From Azolla caroliniana (taxonomy: Eukaryota > Plantae > Polypodiophyta): DNA of 64,000 nt. The stretch covers positions 310,001 through 374,000 of the forward strand of contig JBHGNT010000014.1 in assembly GCA_043228905.1 (NCBI GenBank), read 5' to 3'. The position numbers were made by a program, and so were the translations under genes. Numbering within the stretch: the stretch's first letter is position 1; every line of letters starts with the position of its first letter. Below, piece after piece: positions 11,920 to 24,087 of this stretch. A model generated the notes under the pieces. That model was not told the DNA's origin, ran no database searches, and saw only the letters and a list, made by a program, of their open reading frames with translations.

Positions 11920-12192
11920 GTAACTCTTAGTTGTTGCGTTCCTACATAGTTAGGACCCCATGTCCCGCTCTCTGAAAAAGAAAAAAAGAAAAAAAAAGGG
12001 GGAATCTATTGAAACTACCCGAACTTGTTGATTCGTCACCACATTTAACTGAGTTACTACATATTTAGGATTCCACGTCCCGCTTTCAAAAAAAAAAAAA
12101 AGAAAAAGAAAAGAAAAAGGGGGAACCTATGGAAACTACCGAACTTGTTGATTCGTCACCACATTTAACTATACTAATATTTTTCCTCGCAG
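11920..12192 (+). other. Putative intron inside the accessory region of A
   Basis: Donor AC|GTAACT, branch-like ACTAAT near 12173, pyrimidine tract TTTTTCCTCGCAG|. The junction keeps frame between ORF 11672-11914 and ORF 12194-12409. Confidence 0.55.
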
Positions 12193-14945
12193 GTTGCAAA
12201 CGATGACGTCTCCCCAATTCATCAAACTCCTCCACGCATACTACCCCAATGCAGGGTGCGGTTCCTTAGTCATCCCAGCGGTGTTCAACAATACCCGATG
12301 TACTTACCGGGTTCCCACGGCCGCCATGGAGCTCAAGTACCTCGAACCCGACGTGTTCACCACCCTCTCACGACTTGGCCTCAAGTTCTTCCTTGGGATC
12401 GGGTCGTAGGGCGTCCTACCCGAACTGGTCAACCGTTTCCTCATCGGATACAACCCTGATACGGGCCATGCCCCGTCACATTCCAGTTCTCCGCGGCCGA
12501 TGTTTGTGCTATGTTGCATTTACCCCTCAAAGGGGCCCCCTTCCGTACCACGAGGACCCCTGGGGTTGTCCCTGGCATCATTCTCGCCGCCTACGCCGAA
12601 TATTTTGGACGCGAAGGTTGGTGTTACACTGAAATCCCTCGAGTCCATCTCCACGACCGTTGTAGCGCAATTGCCCAAATCGACGACACCACATCTACCG
12701 ATGCCACCGCTCGTATCACCAGCGAGTACCTCAAGTGGGCACATGATCCGCAACCGGTCCAGTGGGCTCACGAGCTTGTCCGCCGGGTCCGAGAATGGCA
12801 CACACGGCCCAAATCGACTATCAATTTCGCGTGGTTCCTTACCCGCTACTTGTGCGCAAAGTTCAACATCGGACCCCTTGCCCCTCCCTTCGTACGCTGC
12901 CAAGAACGCTTCCACAAGATCACTGTCCCAGGCCAACTCGAGCGCATTCGCCTCCACGAACACGACTTTTTACAATAGGTACACCAAGGCGAACATGCAC
13001 GGCCACCGGTGCACAAACAAACCCCGATCACCCACATGTCAACCAAAGCTAACCTCGACACCCAAGGATATCACGAATCGTGTCAAGGAATTCCAGACAC
13101 ACGAGTTCACCGCCACCGAAATCCAGGCCTTGTCCACTACCTTCCACTATGTGTCACATCAGAACACAACCACGACTCCGCGTTCCCACAGCTGCACCAC
13201 TGAGTCAATCTTGCGCGACCAACGGAACCCGCCAACCCCGCCTCCCCCCACCTCGCCAACCCCTCTACCCCACGAATCCTCTCCCCCTGCCCTGGCCACA
13301 ACTACCCCGCCTTTCCCGTCCACCACCGAAGACGACACCCTGCAACCCCGACCCGATAAACTCGCCTGCCACACCGCTCCCGACACCGAAACCCCCGACC
13401 GGCCCTCAACCGCAACCCCGGCAATTCCCCTCCAACCCACCATCTCCACCCCCACTCCCGACCTCTATGCCTTGCTCGACCTCACTCACTGTAGTTACTA
13501 CTCACCCTACCCCCTCCCTCGTCGTCCCCCTTAAACCCTTAACCGAAATGGTGGCCGACCTCCTCAAGATGACCGTCGTCGTGAACCGTCGCCTAGTTCA
13601 AGTTCATGCACAGGCCTAACAAATCGCCACCGACCAACACGAGACCTCTATACGGAACGAGATCTTGGTCGTCGAGGTACGGAGCGCCCTCCATACCAAC
13701 GCATGCCAAGCGGCCGCCCATGACCTCCTCAAGCAAGAACTCATGACAACGCAAACCCGACACCAGCAACTCGCTGACGAATTCCAACAAGCTCAAACAA
13801 CCTGGCACCACGACCAAGAACGTGCAATGCAAACACACGCCAAACTTTCGGTTGAGTACGTCCACCTCACCACCCAACACCAACTCATCGAGGCTTGCCT
13901 CGCAACCTTGACGGCTGATCTCTCCGAACGATCCGAGGCCCTGGCCACCACCATGGCCACCACTCACCAACTCACGAGCGAGATCACCACCCTCAAGGCT
14001 GAACGAGACGCCATGGTCCACCAAGTCGAAGTCGCCAATGAACGCAACCGATGTCTCCTCATCAAACACCGCCGCCAATGCGCCGACCTCGAAAAGGACA
14101 TCCACCAACTCCGCACATCCAAAGCTGCCCTTGAACACGCCCTCATCCCCAGCGTGACAGACCCCTCCACCGTTCAGACCCCCCCCTCCTTCCCCCAACT
14201 GGCTCTCCGAATATGATCCAAGCACTCTCAGTGTACGTGACCTCGACCTCCCTGCTCTCCGAACTTTTCACTGCACCACGCACACCACGCACCCTCCTCA
14301 TCCAAGCAACGTGCGTCCTTCGGTCGTTAGCCACCACACGTCGCATATTCTTTGACGACACCACACCCCCAGACCGGCAAACCTTCATCCGAGTACTCCC
14401 CGAAGACAACCACGCCCTTGCCCTCTGCATGTTGTACCAGGAAGCCACCGAAGAACCTGCTCCCCCAGCCGACGACCTCTTCCCCCAACACCTCCCCATT
14501 TTGTTCCTCGAAGGTATGGCCTACCTTCACACCACCCTCACCCCCAACTTAGACATCTCCAACCTAATCTATTTCACCTACCCTTCTGATGTCACGATGC
14601 AAGTCATCAAAGACCACCTGGCCCACCTCTTCGCAACACTGGTGCGCTTACACCACATCGCCGACACCCTCACCCACACCCTATTGGAAAACACAACGAC
14701 CTCCGTACCCCCTTTCGGTTTCCTCTGGCTAATATGCGCTTGGCAAACCGCATGGGACGTCAGGGTTCGTACTCACATATTCAGCATCGAATATGTCACG
14801 TTCAACTGGCCCACCGAACTCGAGGCTGACGACATACCGAACTTCACCCTATACCTCGACGTTTCCCGTGAGTATCAACTCATGATGTTTGATGAGGCTC
14901 ATGCTCTGCCCTCCTACCCCCGCACCCCCCTTCTCCCCCCCCAGA
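12193..14945 (+). pseudogene. Accessory (env-like/ORF2-position) coding region of A, part 1
   Basis: Frameshifted chain of ORFs: globular domain (GLKFFLG...LVNRFLIGY...VQWAHEL...INFAWFLTRYLC), Pro/Thr-rich linker, coiled coil 13548-14216, then ORF 14213 cut by the Copia insertion. Confidence 0.65.
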
Positions 14946-15031
14946 TGTTGGAGACAAGGGCCGTCAATGCGGAAGATCAAGAAGCATTCTTTTCCTGTTT
15001 GATACCTGCGTATGACAGTTTCTGAGATAGT

Positions 15032-15070
<39 letters not shown>

Positions 15071-18000
15071 CACAAAAGACTTTCTATTCCATAGAAACAA
15101 TAATACAACCAACCTTACAAAAAGGTTACAAGGTCACTATATATAGTGACCGACTAAGGGCAACTCCCATTTATGCTAATTACACAAATGGCCCAAACTT
15201 GAGCTATACAAAGGGATAGTGTGGATACATCCATTATACACTTGTATTCGACACTCCCCCGTAATGGGCGTATACATGGGTTATCTAAGATTACAGGTAT
15301 AAACCTAGGTTCTCAGACATATCAGTTTTGTTCGAGTCGGCAGGGTCCGAAGGCAGAAGACCGGACTGGTCGGGTCAGAAGAGTTGAAGCCGATCATTAA
15401 GGAACTGATGTCGGTTGTCCGAAACCATCCTGCGCTGTGTCCGGCTCTAACCGGACTGGTTTGTCGTTACGCCCATCTGATGCCGAAGGGACCGAAAGCG
15501 GTCTGCCGAAAGACACTTGGTCATTCCATCTGCGACATTGTCGGTTGTGGATATTTTCTCTAGACCGATTTTCCCTGAAATGACGCAGTCCCGAACGAAG
15601 TGATATCGAACGTCGATATGTTTGGAGGCGTTGTGGTGAACCGGATTTCTCGACAAGGCAACAACACCTTGACTGTCGCTATAGACAACTGGAGCCGAGT
15701 CATGGTCGACTTGCCGAAACGTGTGCGCCAGCCGGCCGAGCCACAAAGCTTCTTTTGCAGCATCGGACGCAGCTACATATTCTGCTTCGGTCGTTGAGGT
15801 CGTTGTGCACTCCTGAAGTTTCGACTTCCACGAAATTGCTCCATTGCCGAATTTGAAGCAGTATCCGGTTGTTGATTTCCGACTGTCTATACAGCCGGCG
15901 AAGTCCGAGTCGGTGTAACCGACTACGCCTGAGGTTGAGTTCGGACCGAAAAGAATGTCGTGATCTTTTGTGCCAGCCAGATATTTGAACACATGCTTGA
16001 CTGCGTTCCAATGCGATCGGCCAGGATTGTGCATAAATCTGCTAACGACTCCTACGGCATGAGAAATATCAGGCCGTGTCGCGACCATCAGGTACATAAG
16101 GGAGCCGACTGCCGGTGCATACGGTACCGACTTCATATCTTCCCCCTCCGGATCGGATGTCGGGCAGTCTCGCTGAGAGAGCCGAAGATTCATGGGGAGC
16201 GGGGTTGAAGCAGATTTGGCTGATTGCATGTTGAAGCGTTCCAAGACACGTCCAATATAGTCGGTCTGAGACAAAAAAAGATGTCGTTTATCGCGATGCC
16301 AACTAATCTTCATGCCAAGGATGTGTCGTGCCGGACCGAGGTCCTTCATGGCAAACTTCAACCGCAGTTGCCGAATGAGATCGGCAAGTTCGCCCGCGTG
16401 GCGTCCAGAAATTAGCATGTCGTCCACGTAAATGATGAGGAAGATGGGTGATCCATCTTGAGCTGTGTTGGTAAAAAGACAATGGTCCTCATCGCTTTTT
16501 GAGAAGCCGATCGATTGGATGAAGTCGTCGAACTTCTTGTACCATTGTCACGGTGCCTGTTTGAGGCCGTATAGACTCTTCCTGAGTCGGCAGACTAGAT
16601 GTTCTTGGCCAGTTGCCACGAAGCCTTTTGGCTGCTCCATATAAATTTCCTCGTCAAGATCACCATGGAGGAAGGCTGTTTTGACATCTAGCTGAATCAG
16701 CTCCAAGTTGTCGGCTGCCACTACGCCGAGTAGAAAACGAAGGGTTGTCATTTTCACCACTGGTGAAAAAATCTCGTCGAAGTCGACGCCATATTCTTGT
16801 CGGAAGCCCTTCGCAACTAATCTGGCCTTGTACTTTGGGGTGGTCGAATCAGACGTCTCTTTTAGTCGATAAACCCACTTGCAAGGAAGAGCACGTCGAT
16901 TCTTAGGTAGTTCGACCAAATCCCAAGTCTTGTTTGCCCGAATGGAGTGCATTTCCGACTCCATCGCCAGATGCCAGGTGGCTGAATCGACAGATGTCGA
17001 TGCTTCTTCGTAAGACGTCGGTTCGCCGGCGTCGGTGAAGAAAATTCCAGGAGAATACCTCTCCGGAGGTTGTGACAGTCTCTCGGATCGTCGAGGTATG
17101 ATTGGACTGGTCGCATCGGGTATCGAGGTCGGATGGTCCGAAAGCGAATCATTCGGCTGTGCCGAGTCAGAGTTGTCCGAGTCGGTAGTGTAAGGTTCAG
17201 CTACCCGTGAAGCTGACCGTGTGTTAAGAGCGGGGCCTTCTTGAAGGGTCGGCACATCGGAAAATGTTACCCTTCGGACTTCGATCGGTTTTTCGACTGA
17301 TGGATTCATAGCCGACTCGTTGAACACAACGTCCGAACTTCGAACGATTTGTCTGCGTTCGGGGTCCCAGAGTCGGTATCCCATTTCGCCGTCTGATCCA
17401 TATCCAAGGAAAATGCATTTCCTGGACCGAGGTGCAAGTTTTCGGCGATCATCTTTCGGAATAAGGTCGTACGCCTCGCATCCGAAGATCCTCAGCTTGT
17501 CGTAATTCGGCTTACTACCGATCCATAGTTCTTGAGGAATTTGAAGTCCTAGAGGTCTACTTGGCGACATATTGATTATGTGTACTGCCGTGAGTAGAGC
17601 CTCTGCCCAGAAGCCATCCGACAGTCCGGAGTGTTGGAGCATGGAAACTATCCGTTCTTGGATTGTCCGATTCATTCGTTCTGCAATCCCGTTTTGCTCC
17701 GGACTGTGTGGTGCCGTAAATTCACGTCGGATGCCGCGTTGTCGGCATAATTTGACGAATTCTTCGGATTTGAACTCTCCCCCATTGTCGGTCCGAAAGC
17801 ATTTCAGTTTTCGGTCAGTTTGATTTTCTACCGTAGCGAGCCAATCAGAGAAGATCGAGAAGACACGATCTTTGGTGCGAATTGGATAAGCCCACACCTT
17901 TCGAGTCGAATCGTCAATAAAACTGACGAAGTAAGAGGCACCGCCGAGAGACTGATGCGGCATTGGGCCACAGACGTCCGAGTGGACTAAATCGAGAGGT

Positions 18001-20261
18001 CTCGTTTCTCTTGGTGCTGATGTCGGGTGTGATGCGGCTGCTTGTTTGCCATACTGGCAATGTTCGCAGAATTGATGGTCGGAGAAGGAGAGTTTAGGGA
18101 TGTATCCGGCTCTAGATAGGTGCGTAATGCCGGCCTTGCTGAGGTGTCCTAATCTTCTGTGCCATAGTGATGACACAGGAATATCCACCAAAAACAGGTT
18201 ACCCTCCCTGAGCGTAACATGTAACGGATACAGTGAGTGTATCTTGGGTCCTCTAGCAAGCAGGAGGTTCCCCCTGTGGAGTGTCCACCCTCCCGAAGAG
18301 AAACCGGCACGAATGTCGTCTTCATCTAGTTGTCCGACTGAGATCAATGGCCTTGAGAGCTCGGGTACATGTCGGACATTGTGAAGTACAAGTGTAGAGC
18401 CACCTGCAAGGTTGAGCTCTACTGTGCCGATTCCAATGATGTCACAGTGTTGTGAGTTGCCGACTCGAACTGAGTCGGAGTGACGGATCGTATATTGCCG
18501 AAATTGGGATCGATGAGGAGTCACGTGAAATGACGCGCCCGAATCTAAGAGCCATGTGCTCGATTCTTCAGTCGTGAGCAGAACTTCTGATCCGACTGGA
18601 TTTTCGATTGATAGTATATTCGGGTCATTTGGTAGCACATCAGCTGAGAAGCTGACGTAATTGATCTCCTCATGCCGGCCACTCTTCTTGTCTGATTTCT
18701 GAGACTTGTCGTTCTTGTTCTTGAGTGCGCGGCAGTCGGCTTTGATGTGTCCGGGTTTCTTGCAATAGTTGCAGATTCGATTATCCCGTGACTGGCTCCG
18801 TCTTCGCTGATTGTTCGGCTGCCGTGAGGAATCTCTTCCTCGTATGTTCGATCGGTCTGTCGAACCTTGTACTACGTAAGCGTCGTCTGTTGAGTCTTTG
18901 GCGAAAGACTTTCTCCGAGCTGCTTCGGTCAGGATTGCACTCGTGACTTCGGAGTATTTAACAGCCGTGGTTGACGCGTTGCACACGGTTGTGACGAAAG
19001 TTTCCCATGATGAGGGAAGGCTGCTCATGAGTATCATTGCTCTGAGTTCATCCTCGATTGCCGTCCCTTGAGATGAGATTTGGGAGCTTATGCTTTCGTA
19101 CTCATTTAGATGTGCTTGAACCGAATCGGATTCTTTCATCCGCAAGTTGTAGAGGCGCCGAATAAGAAACATCTTCGTTGCAGCGACCTTCTTTTCGTAG
19201 GTGTCCGACAGTGTTTTCCACAGTTCGAATGCTGTCGTACACGATTGCACCGTAAAGTATACCGATTCCGATAGGTGCATCCGAATCGTGGCGCGGACGA
19301 TTCTGTCCAGCTTCTGCCACTCAATTGGTTTGTATCCTTCTGGAGGTTCTTCATTTTCGATGGGATCGATTTGCCCCTTGACTATGAGATAGTCCTGCAT
19401 TTGCTCCTTCCAGAAGTTGAAGTTCGATCCATCGAACTTTCGTAGACTCATTTCTGACGAGCCGGATGTTGATGCCATCAAATTTGGTTTCGGTTGACGA
19501 AGCTCGGTTCGGAGTTGACTACGAACCTTGTTGGAGTGCAGCCGGTTGGCTCACCCGATATCGTTCTAGTCGGATTTGAACCCGAGTCGGTTCGGCTTCG
19601 GATATATGTATTGTTGAACTTGCTCGAATTGACTCCGGTAACTTGAGGGACAGAACCGACCGGTCTTCCCGAATGTTGCCGAGTCGGAGTGAGCCCGGTT
19701 CGCTTCCGAATATATATGCCAAATACCGATTATTGAAACCGATTGTCTGGACCGATTCAGCTTCGGGTGACTGCAGCGATGAGAGAGACGGATCCAACTG
19801 ATCCTCCCGAATGTCGATCAGCCGGATGAAGCACGAATTGGGGTTGTTGTCTTGAGACCGATCTGCACCGAGTGGTTACAATGAGCGACGAGCAGCGTTT
19901 GATGACCTCTTCGGATGCCGTTTAACCGAGTGAAGCACGATCGTGTCAATGTTGCACAAGGGGATTTCACCTCGAGCGGTTACGATCACAAGGAACAGAG
20001 TACAACCTGCTAGCTTACTCCAAGCGAAGGTGATCTAACGTGATGAGATGCAAGCCTCGTTTTTCTTCTTCTTCTCTCTTCTTCGAATGACGCAGGAAAC
20101 CGAATGATGTGCAGGCTGAGACGACGGCCGACAGCGGATTGAAGGACCGAATACTGTGCAGGCTCTGATACCAGATGTTGGAGACAGGGGCCGTCAATGC
20201 GGAAGATCAAGAAGCATTCTTTTCCTGTTTGATACCTGCGTATGACAGTTTCTGAGATAGT

Positions 20262-20300
<39 letters not shown>

Positions 20301-20483
20301 CACAAAAGACTTTCTATTCCATAGAAACAATAATACAACCAACCTTACAAAAAGGTTACAAGGTCACTATATATAGTGACTGACTTAGGGCAACTCCCAT
20401 TTATGCTAATTACACAAATGGCCCAAACTTGAGCTATACAAAGGGATAGTGTGGATACGTCCATTATACACTTGTATTAGACA
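14946..20483 (-). mobile_element. Nested Ty1/Copia element, Tork/Tnt1-like
   Basis: 308-bp LTRs 14946-15253 and 20176-20483 (about 5 mismatches), TSD CCAGA at 14941-14945 and 20484-20488, tRNA-iMet PBS (GCTCTGATACCA at 20162-20173), PPT at 15254-15262. Confidence 0.96.
15447..19481 (-). pseudogene. gag-pol: Copia gag-pol polyprotein with one in-frame stop
   Basis: ORFs 16548-19481 and 15447-16427 are in one frame, separated by TGA in QAP*QWYKKF. Motifs CNYCKKPGHIKADC, WLLDSGAS, TDNGGEF, YVDDML, ADGMTK. Confidence 0.95.
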
Positions 20484-20488
20484 CCAGA

Positions 20489-21754
20489 GATCGACCTGGA
20501 GTGGGATCACGACTCACCTGATGAACCCGACACCCAGCCGCCTCCTCGCCCTCGCCCTCCCTCCTCCCCGCCTCCAAGCCATCGCCCTCCCTCCTCGCCA
20601 TCCTCCGCAAAGCTCTCCCTTTCAACCACCCCCTCGCCTACCTCATGCTCCACCACCAACTACCCCTCCCCATCTTCACTACACCTCCCTTACTCCACAC
20701 CCCGAGCGCCCGATTCAACGTTGCGGCCTTCTACGTTGATTTGGTCGACCGCTACCAACTTACCCACAGCCTCCAAACCGCCCTTGATTGCATCGAAAGT
20801 GGTACCATTTGGGACACTCATCTTGACAATCAGTCTGCCGCCCCCATTCCCTGGGAGTTTGACTTTTGCGAGACCCCCCTACTCCTCACCCGCCTCAACA
20901 ACTATTACCCTGAAGTCGCCTCTGAACCCCAAGTCGACATCTTCCTTTACCCCCATGTTTACCGCGATAAGATGTCTACTTGGGCAGCCGCAAACCCCAC
21001 CCCCACTCGAGGGTGGCACCACCCCGTCGTCGACCCCCTCCTCGAACCTCTCGGCGCCCAACCCCCGTGGCGTCTCCCTTGGTTCGCACACACATCCTTC
21101 CGCGAATGGCTCGCCCTCCACCCCCCCGAGCTGCGCACCAGCCCCAACTTTTTTCCCCTTCCTCGGCATTGGCCATGGCCCGATTTTCGCGCCGCCCAGG
21201 CACACCTACCCACTCTTCAATTCAATTGGTCGTTGTTCCCCCGAACCCCGCACACATCCCCGACCGAACCCGACATAATCTGGGTCATGTGACGATTCCT
21301 ATGTACATACCTCGATGTCCCGGACCCTGACATTCAAGCCAGCCTTCATTTTCTATAACTTCTACTCATTCTCCTTGACTCTGGTCCATACGAAGCCCCC
21401 CCCTTCCAACGGCACAACCACCCCGCGTGGGGCCTCGCCTTCGATTTGAACAAAGGTCCAACTCGCCGCCAACTAGTCGGCCTTTGGACCCGCGTCAACA
21501 TACTCCCCGCAATTTACAAACGGGATTTTGAAACCATGATCGACACGCGTTTTTTCCCCGCTTACATAATCTTTAGTCGAAACCCCCCTTCTCCCTTCGC
21601 CGGCCACAACACCTGCACCTGGCTCATCAGCCCCAAGAAAGATTTCTTCACAACAACTGACCAACTGTAGGAAATCCGGCTACCACCATTGAACATCCGC
21701 CGTCTTCACCATCATCTCCGCCGCCACCCGCCCCCCGACGAACCCCCCTACTAA
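20489..21754 (+). pseudogene. Accessory coding region of A, part 2 (continues after the Copia)
   Basis: Pro-rich linker then W/P/F-rich ORFs 20645-21292 and 21446-21670 with stops and frameshifts, same C-rich composition as part 1. Confidence 0.55.
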
Positions 21755-21820
21755 ATTCTACTCACCCCCCGACGCCCGAAGCTCCCCTCCCACAGTGCAC
21801 CCGGGAGTGTGCACTCATTA

Positions 21821-21832
21821 GGTTGGGGGGGA
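21821..21832 (+). promoter_or_regulatory. Polypurine tract of A
   Basis: GGTTGGGGGGGA directly before the 3' LTR. Confidence 0.85.
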
Positions 21833-22400
21833 TGTTAAGCGTTGGAATAACAACACAACCAGTCATGAATAAGAACGCATCAACAAGGACATAGTATGAA
21901 GAGGAAACGGCAAGAGGAAATGAAAGCAAAGAGAAGGTCAAGTGTGAAAGGCCCATACCCTAAACGTGAAAGCTATATAAACCACATAGTAATGGCTTTG
22001 TGGGGGTTCTCCCATTTGTAAAGATCTCCTATTGGTTAGAGCTAGAGCTTCCTTTCCTCCTTCTTGTAACCTTTGAGCTTAAGAGAGATTAGTGAAGTGT
22101 TGAGTTAGAGAACACTAATCTCTCTCCTTGTTGGTGCTAGACCTCTTAGCAAAGAGGGTTAATAATAGACATACTCTTCCTTCTTATTGTCTACATCTAT
22201 TAATCTATTGTCTATGAGAGAGAGCTTGAGAGAGTGAGAGAGATATCGTGCTTAATCATTTACTAACTGTTGAGTGAGTGTGAGGCTCGGAGGTATCCGA
22301 CAACCATCTCTGCCCGATTCGCCATCAAGAGGGTATACGTCGGTCCGAATCCCACCACGATATCGAGGAGCTTACTCCATCGATACATAGATCCTTAACA
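21833..22400 (+). repeat. 3' LTR of element A
   Basis: Direct repeat of 717-1281, followed by TSD TCAAG. Confidence 0.95.
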
Positions 22401-22514
22401 TCAAGTTGTACTTTGTTCTTTCTTTTTTTCCCACCCTCTCCCTCACACACAAGTTATAATTGATCATTGATGGAATACATCCACAAGTTTGCATCTCTCA
22501 CACACAAGTTATAA

Positions 22515-23335
22515 TTGATCATTGATGTTAATGCATGTCTTCAATTTTTACATGATGCAAAGACTTGTGAAATGGAACTCTATAGGTTTGTTGACATTTT
22601 ACGTTTAAATTGTGAAGGCTATACTATACATGACGCTTGGCGTATGTTTTGCAAAATGAAGGATTGGCAAGATAGTTTCCCTCATTTGATGAAATTATGG
22701 CACACTACTTTAGTTATTCCATCTAGCACGGTTTCGTGTGAGGGAGGTTTCTCTAAACAAAATCTCATCAAAGAGATGAAAAGAAATCGATTGAATATAG
22801 AACATTTAGATGATTTAATGTGAGTCTCATTGAATGGGCCACATGTAACAATCGGCAACGGTTCGGTTTGAACCGAACCGAACCGCTAAACCGGGTTTAA
22901 CGGCTTAATGGTTTCAACAGTCAAAACCGCGGTTTAAACGGTTAAATGGTTTTTTATTTTTTATTATTTTAAAAAAATTTGAAAACAATCTAAAAAATTT
23001 AAAATTTTGTTTTTAAACAATGTTTTCATTTTTAGACCTTATTCTCACATTTTAGGAACATCTTAAACATTGTAAAAAAAAAATTAATGAAATATTATCA
23101 ATTTAAAAATTTTAAAAAATTGACCTATGTTGAAAACCGAAACCGAACCACGAAACCACGGTTTTTATGGTTTAATGGTTTAATGGTTTAACGGTTTGAA
23201 AAATGTTTAACGGTTTCGAGGTTTGGTTCGGTTTGGTTCAAAAAAAAATTTAACGGTTCGGTTTGGACCCTCTCGAACCGAACCGTTGTCGATTGTTAGC
23301 CACACGTTGAAGAAATACAATGGGATTGTGTACAT
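22515..23335 (+). pseudogene. hAT transposase C-terminal dimerisation remnant, split by a MITE
   Basis: FPHLMKLW..LVIPSSTVSCEGGFSKQNLIK..RNRL...LDDLM*VSLNGPH, resuming as VEEIQWDCV after the MITE. Confidence 0.75.
22846..23298. mobile_element. hAT-type MITE
   Basis: TIR TAACAATCG(G/A)CAACGGTTCGGTT, 8-bp TSD GCCACATG/GCCACACG, many AACCG subterminal motifs. Confidence 0.9.
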
Positions 23336-23548
23336 TATACATATATGAAATTTGGAAAGATGCAAAGGATAGAAGAGTATAATATATTGTTTAGTACAAA
23401 TATTCGATGTATTTACTTTTTGAAGGGCAATTGTTTTGACAAACCGTCACTTGATGGGCAAAATTTTTGGAATACCATTCTCATGACAAGCAATGTTAGC
23501 TATCAAAAGGCAACATTGAAATTGTGACCATGGGCTCACTATAGTTAT

Positions 23549-24087
23549 TAGCAATCGGCAATGGTTCGGAACAAACCGATCAACCATTTAAATGGTTTCG
23601 AGTTAACAATTTCTTAAACATTTTCTTGAACAACCTTTTAAGGCTAATTTTGACATTTTTGGAAACCTTTTAAATGTTGAAATATTGAACATTGATTTGA
23701 AATATTGAACCTTGATTTGGAAATTAAAAGTTTGAAATAACGTGGAAATTGAATTGCAAAACCATGAGTTTACATTTTAATAGGTTAATTGTTTGAAAAT
23801 CTCTAGAATTGTTTGGTTTGAGCTTGGATTTTTTGCAACGGTTTGGTTTGAATGGTTTCGTGGTTTGGTTTAATTTCAAAATTGTAAGACAGTTTGAGTA
23901 AGAGACTCCACAAGTTTACAATTTAATAAGTTAATTGTTTGAAAATCTCTAGAATTGTTTGGTTTGAGCTTGGATTTTTTGTAATGGTTTGGTTTGAATG
24001 GTTTCATGGTTTGGTTTAATTTCAAATTTTTTTAACAATTTGAGTTTGAGACTTCCAAACCCTGAAGCCAATCATGGCCAATTGCTA
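23549..24087. mobile_element. Degenerate hAT-type MITE with an internal ~135-bp duplication
   Basis: TAGCAATCGGCAATGGTT...GCCAATTGCTA ends; segment near 23770 repeated near 23915; no clear TSD. Confidence 0.6.

Larger units (their letters stand above)
717..22400 (+). mobile_element. Element A: full-length Ty3/Gypsy LTR retrotransposon, Athila-like (non-chromovirus), decayed, with nested insertions
   Basis: LTRs 717-1281 and 21833-22400 (TGTT..AACA). 5-bp TSD TCAAG at 712-716 and 22401-22405. PBS, PPT and gag-PR-RT-RH-INT order present. No second archaeal-type RNase H or chromodomain seen. Confidence 0.95.
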
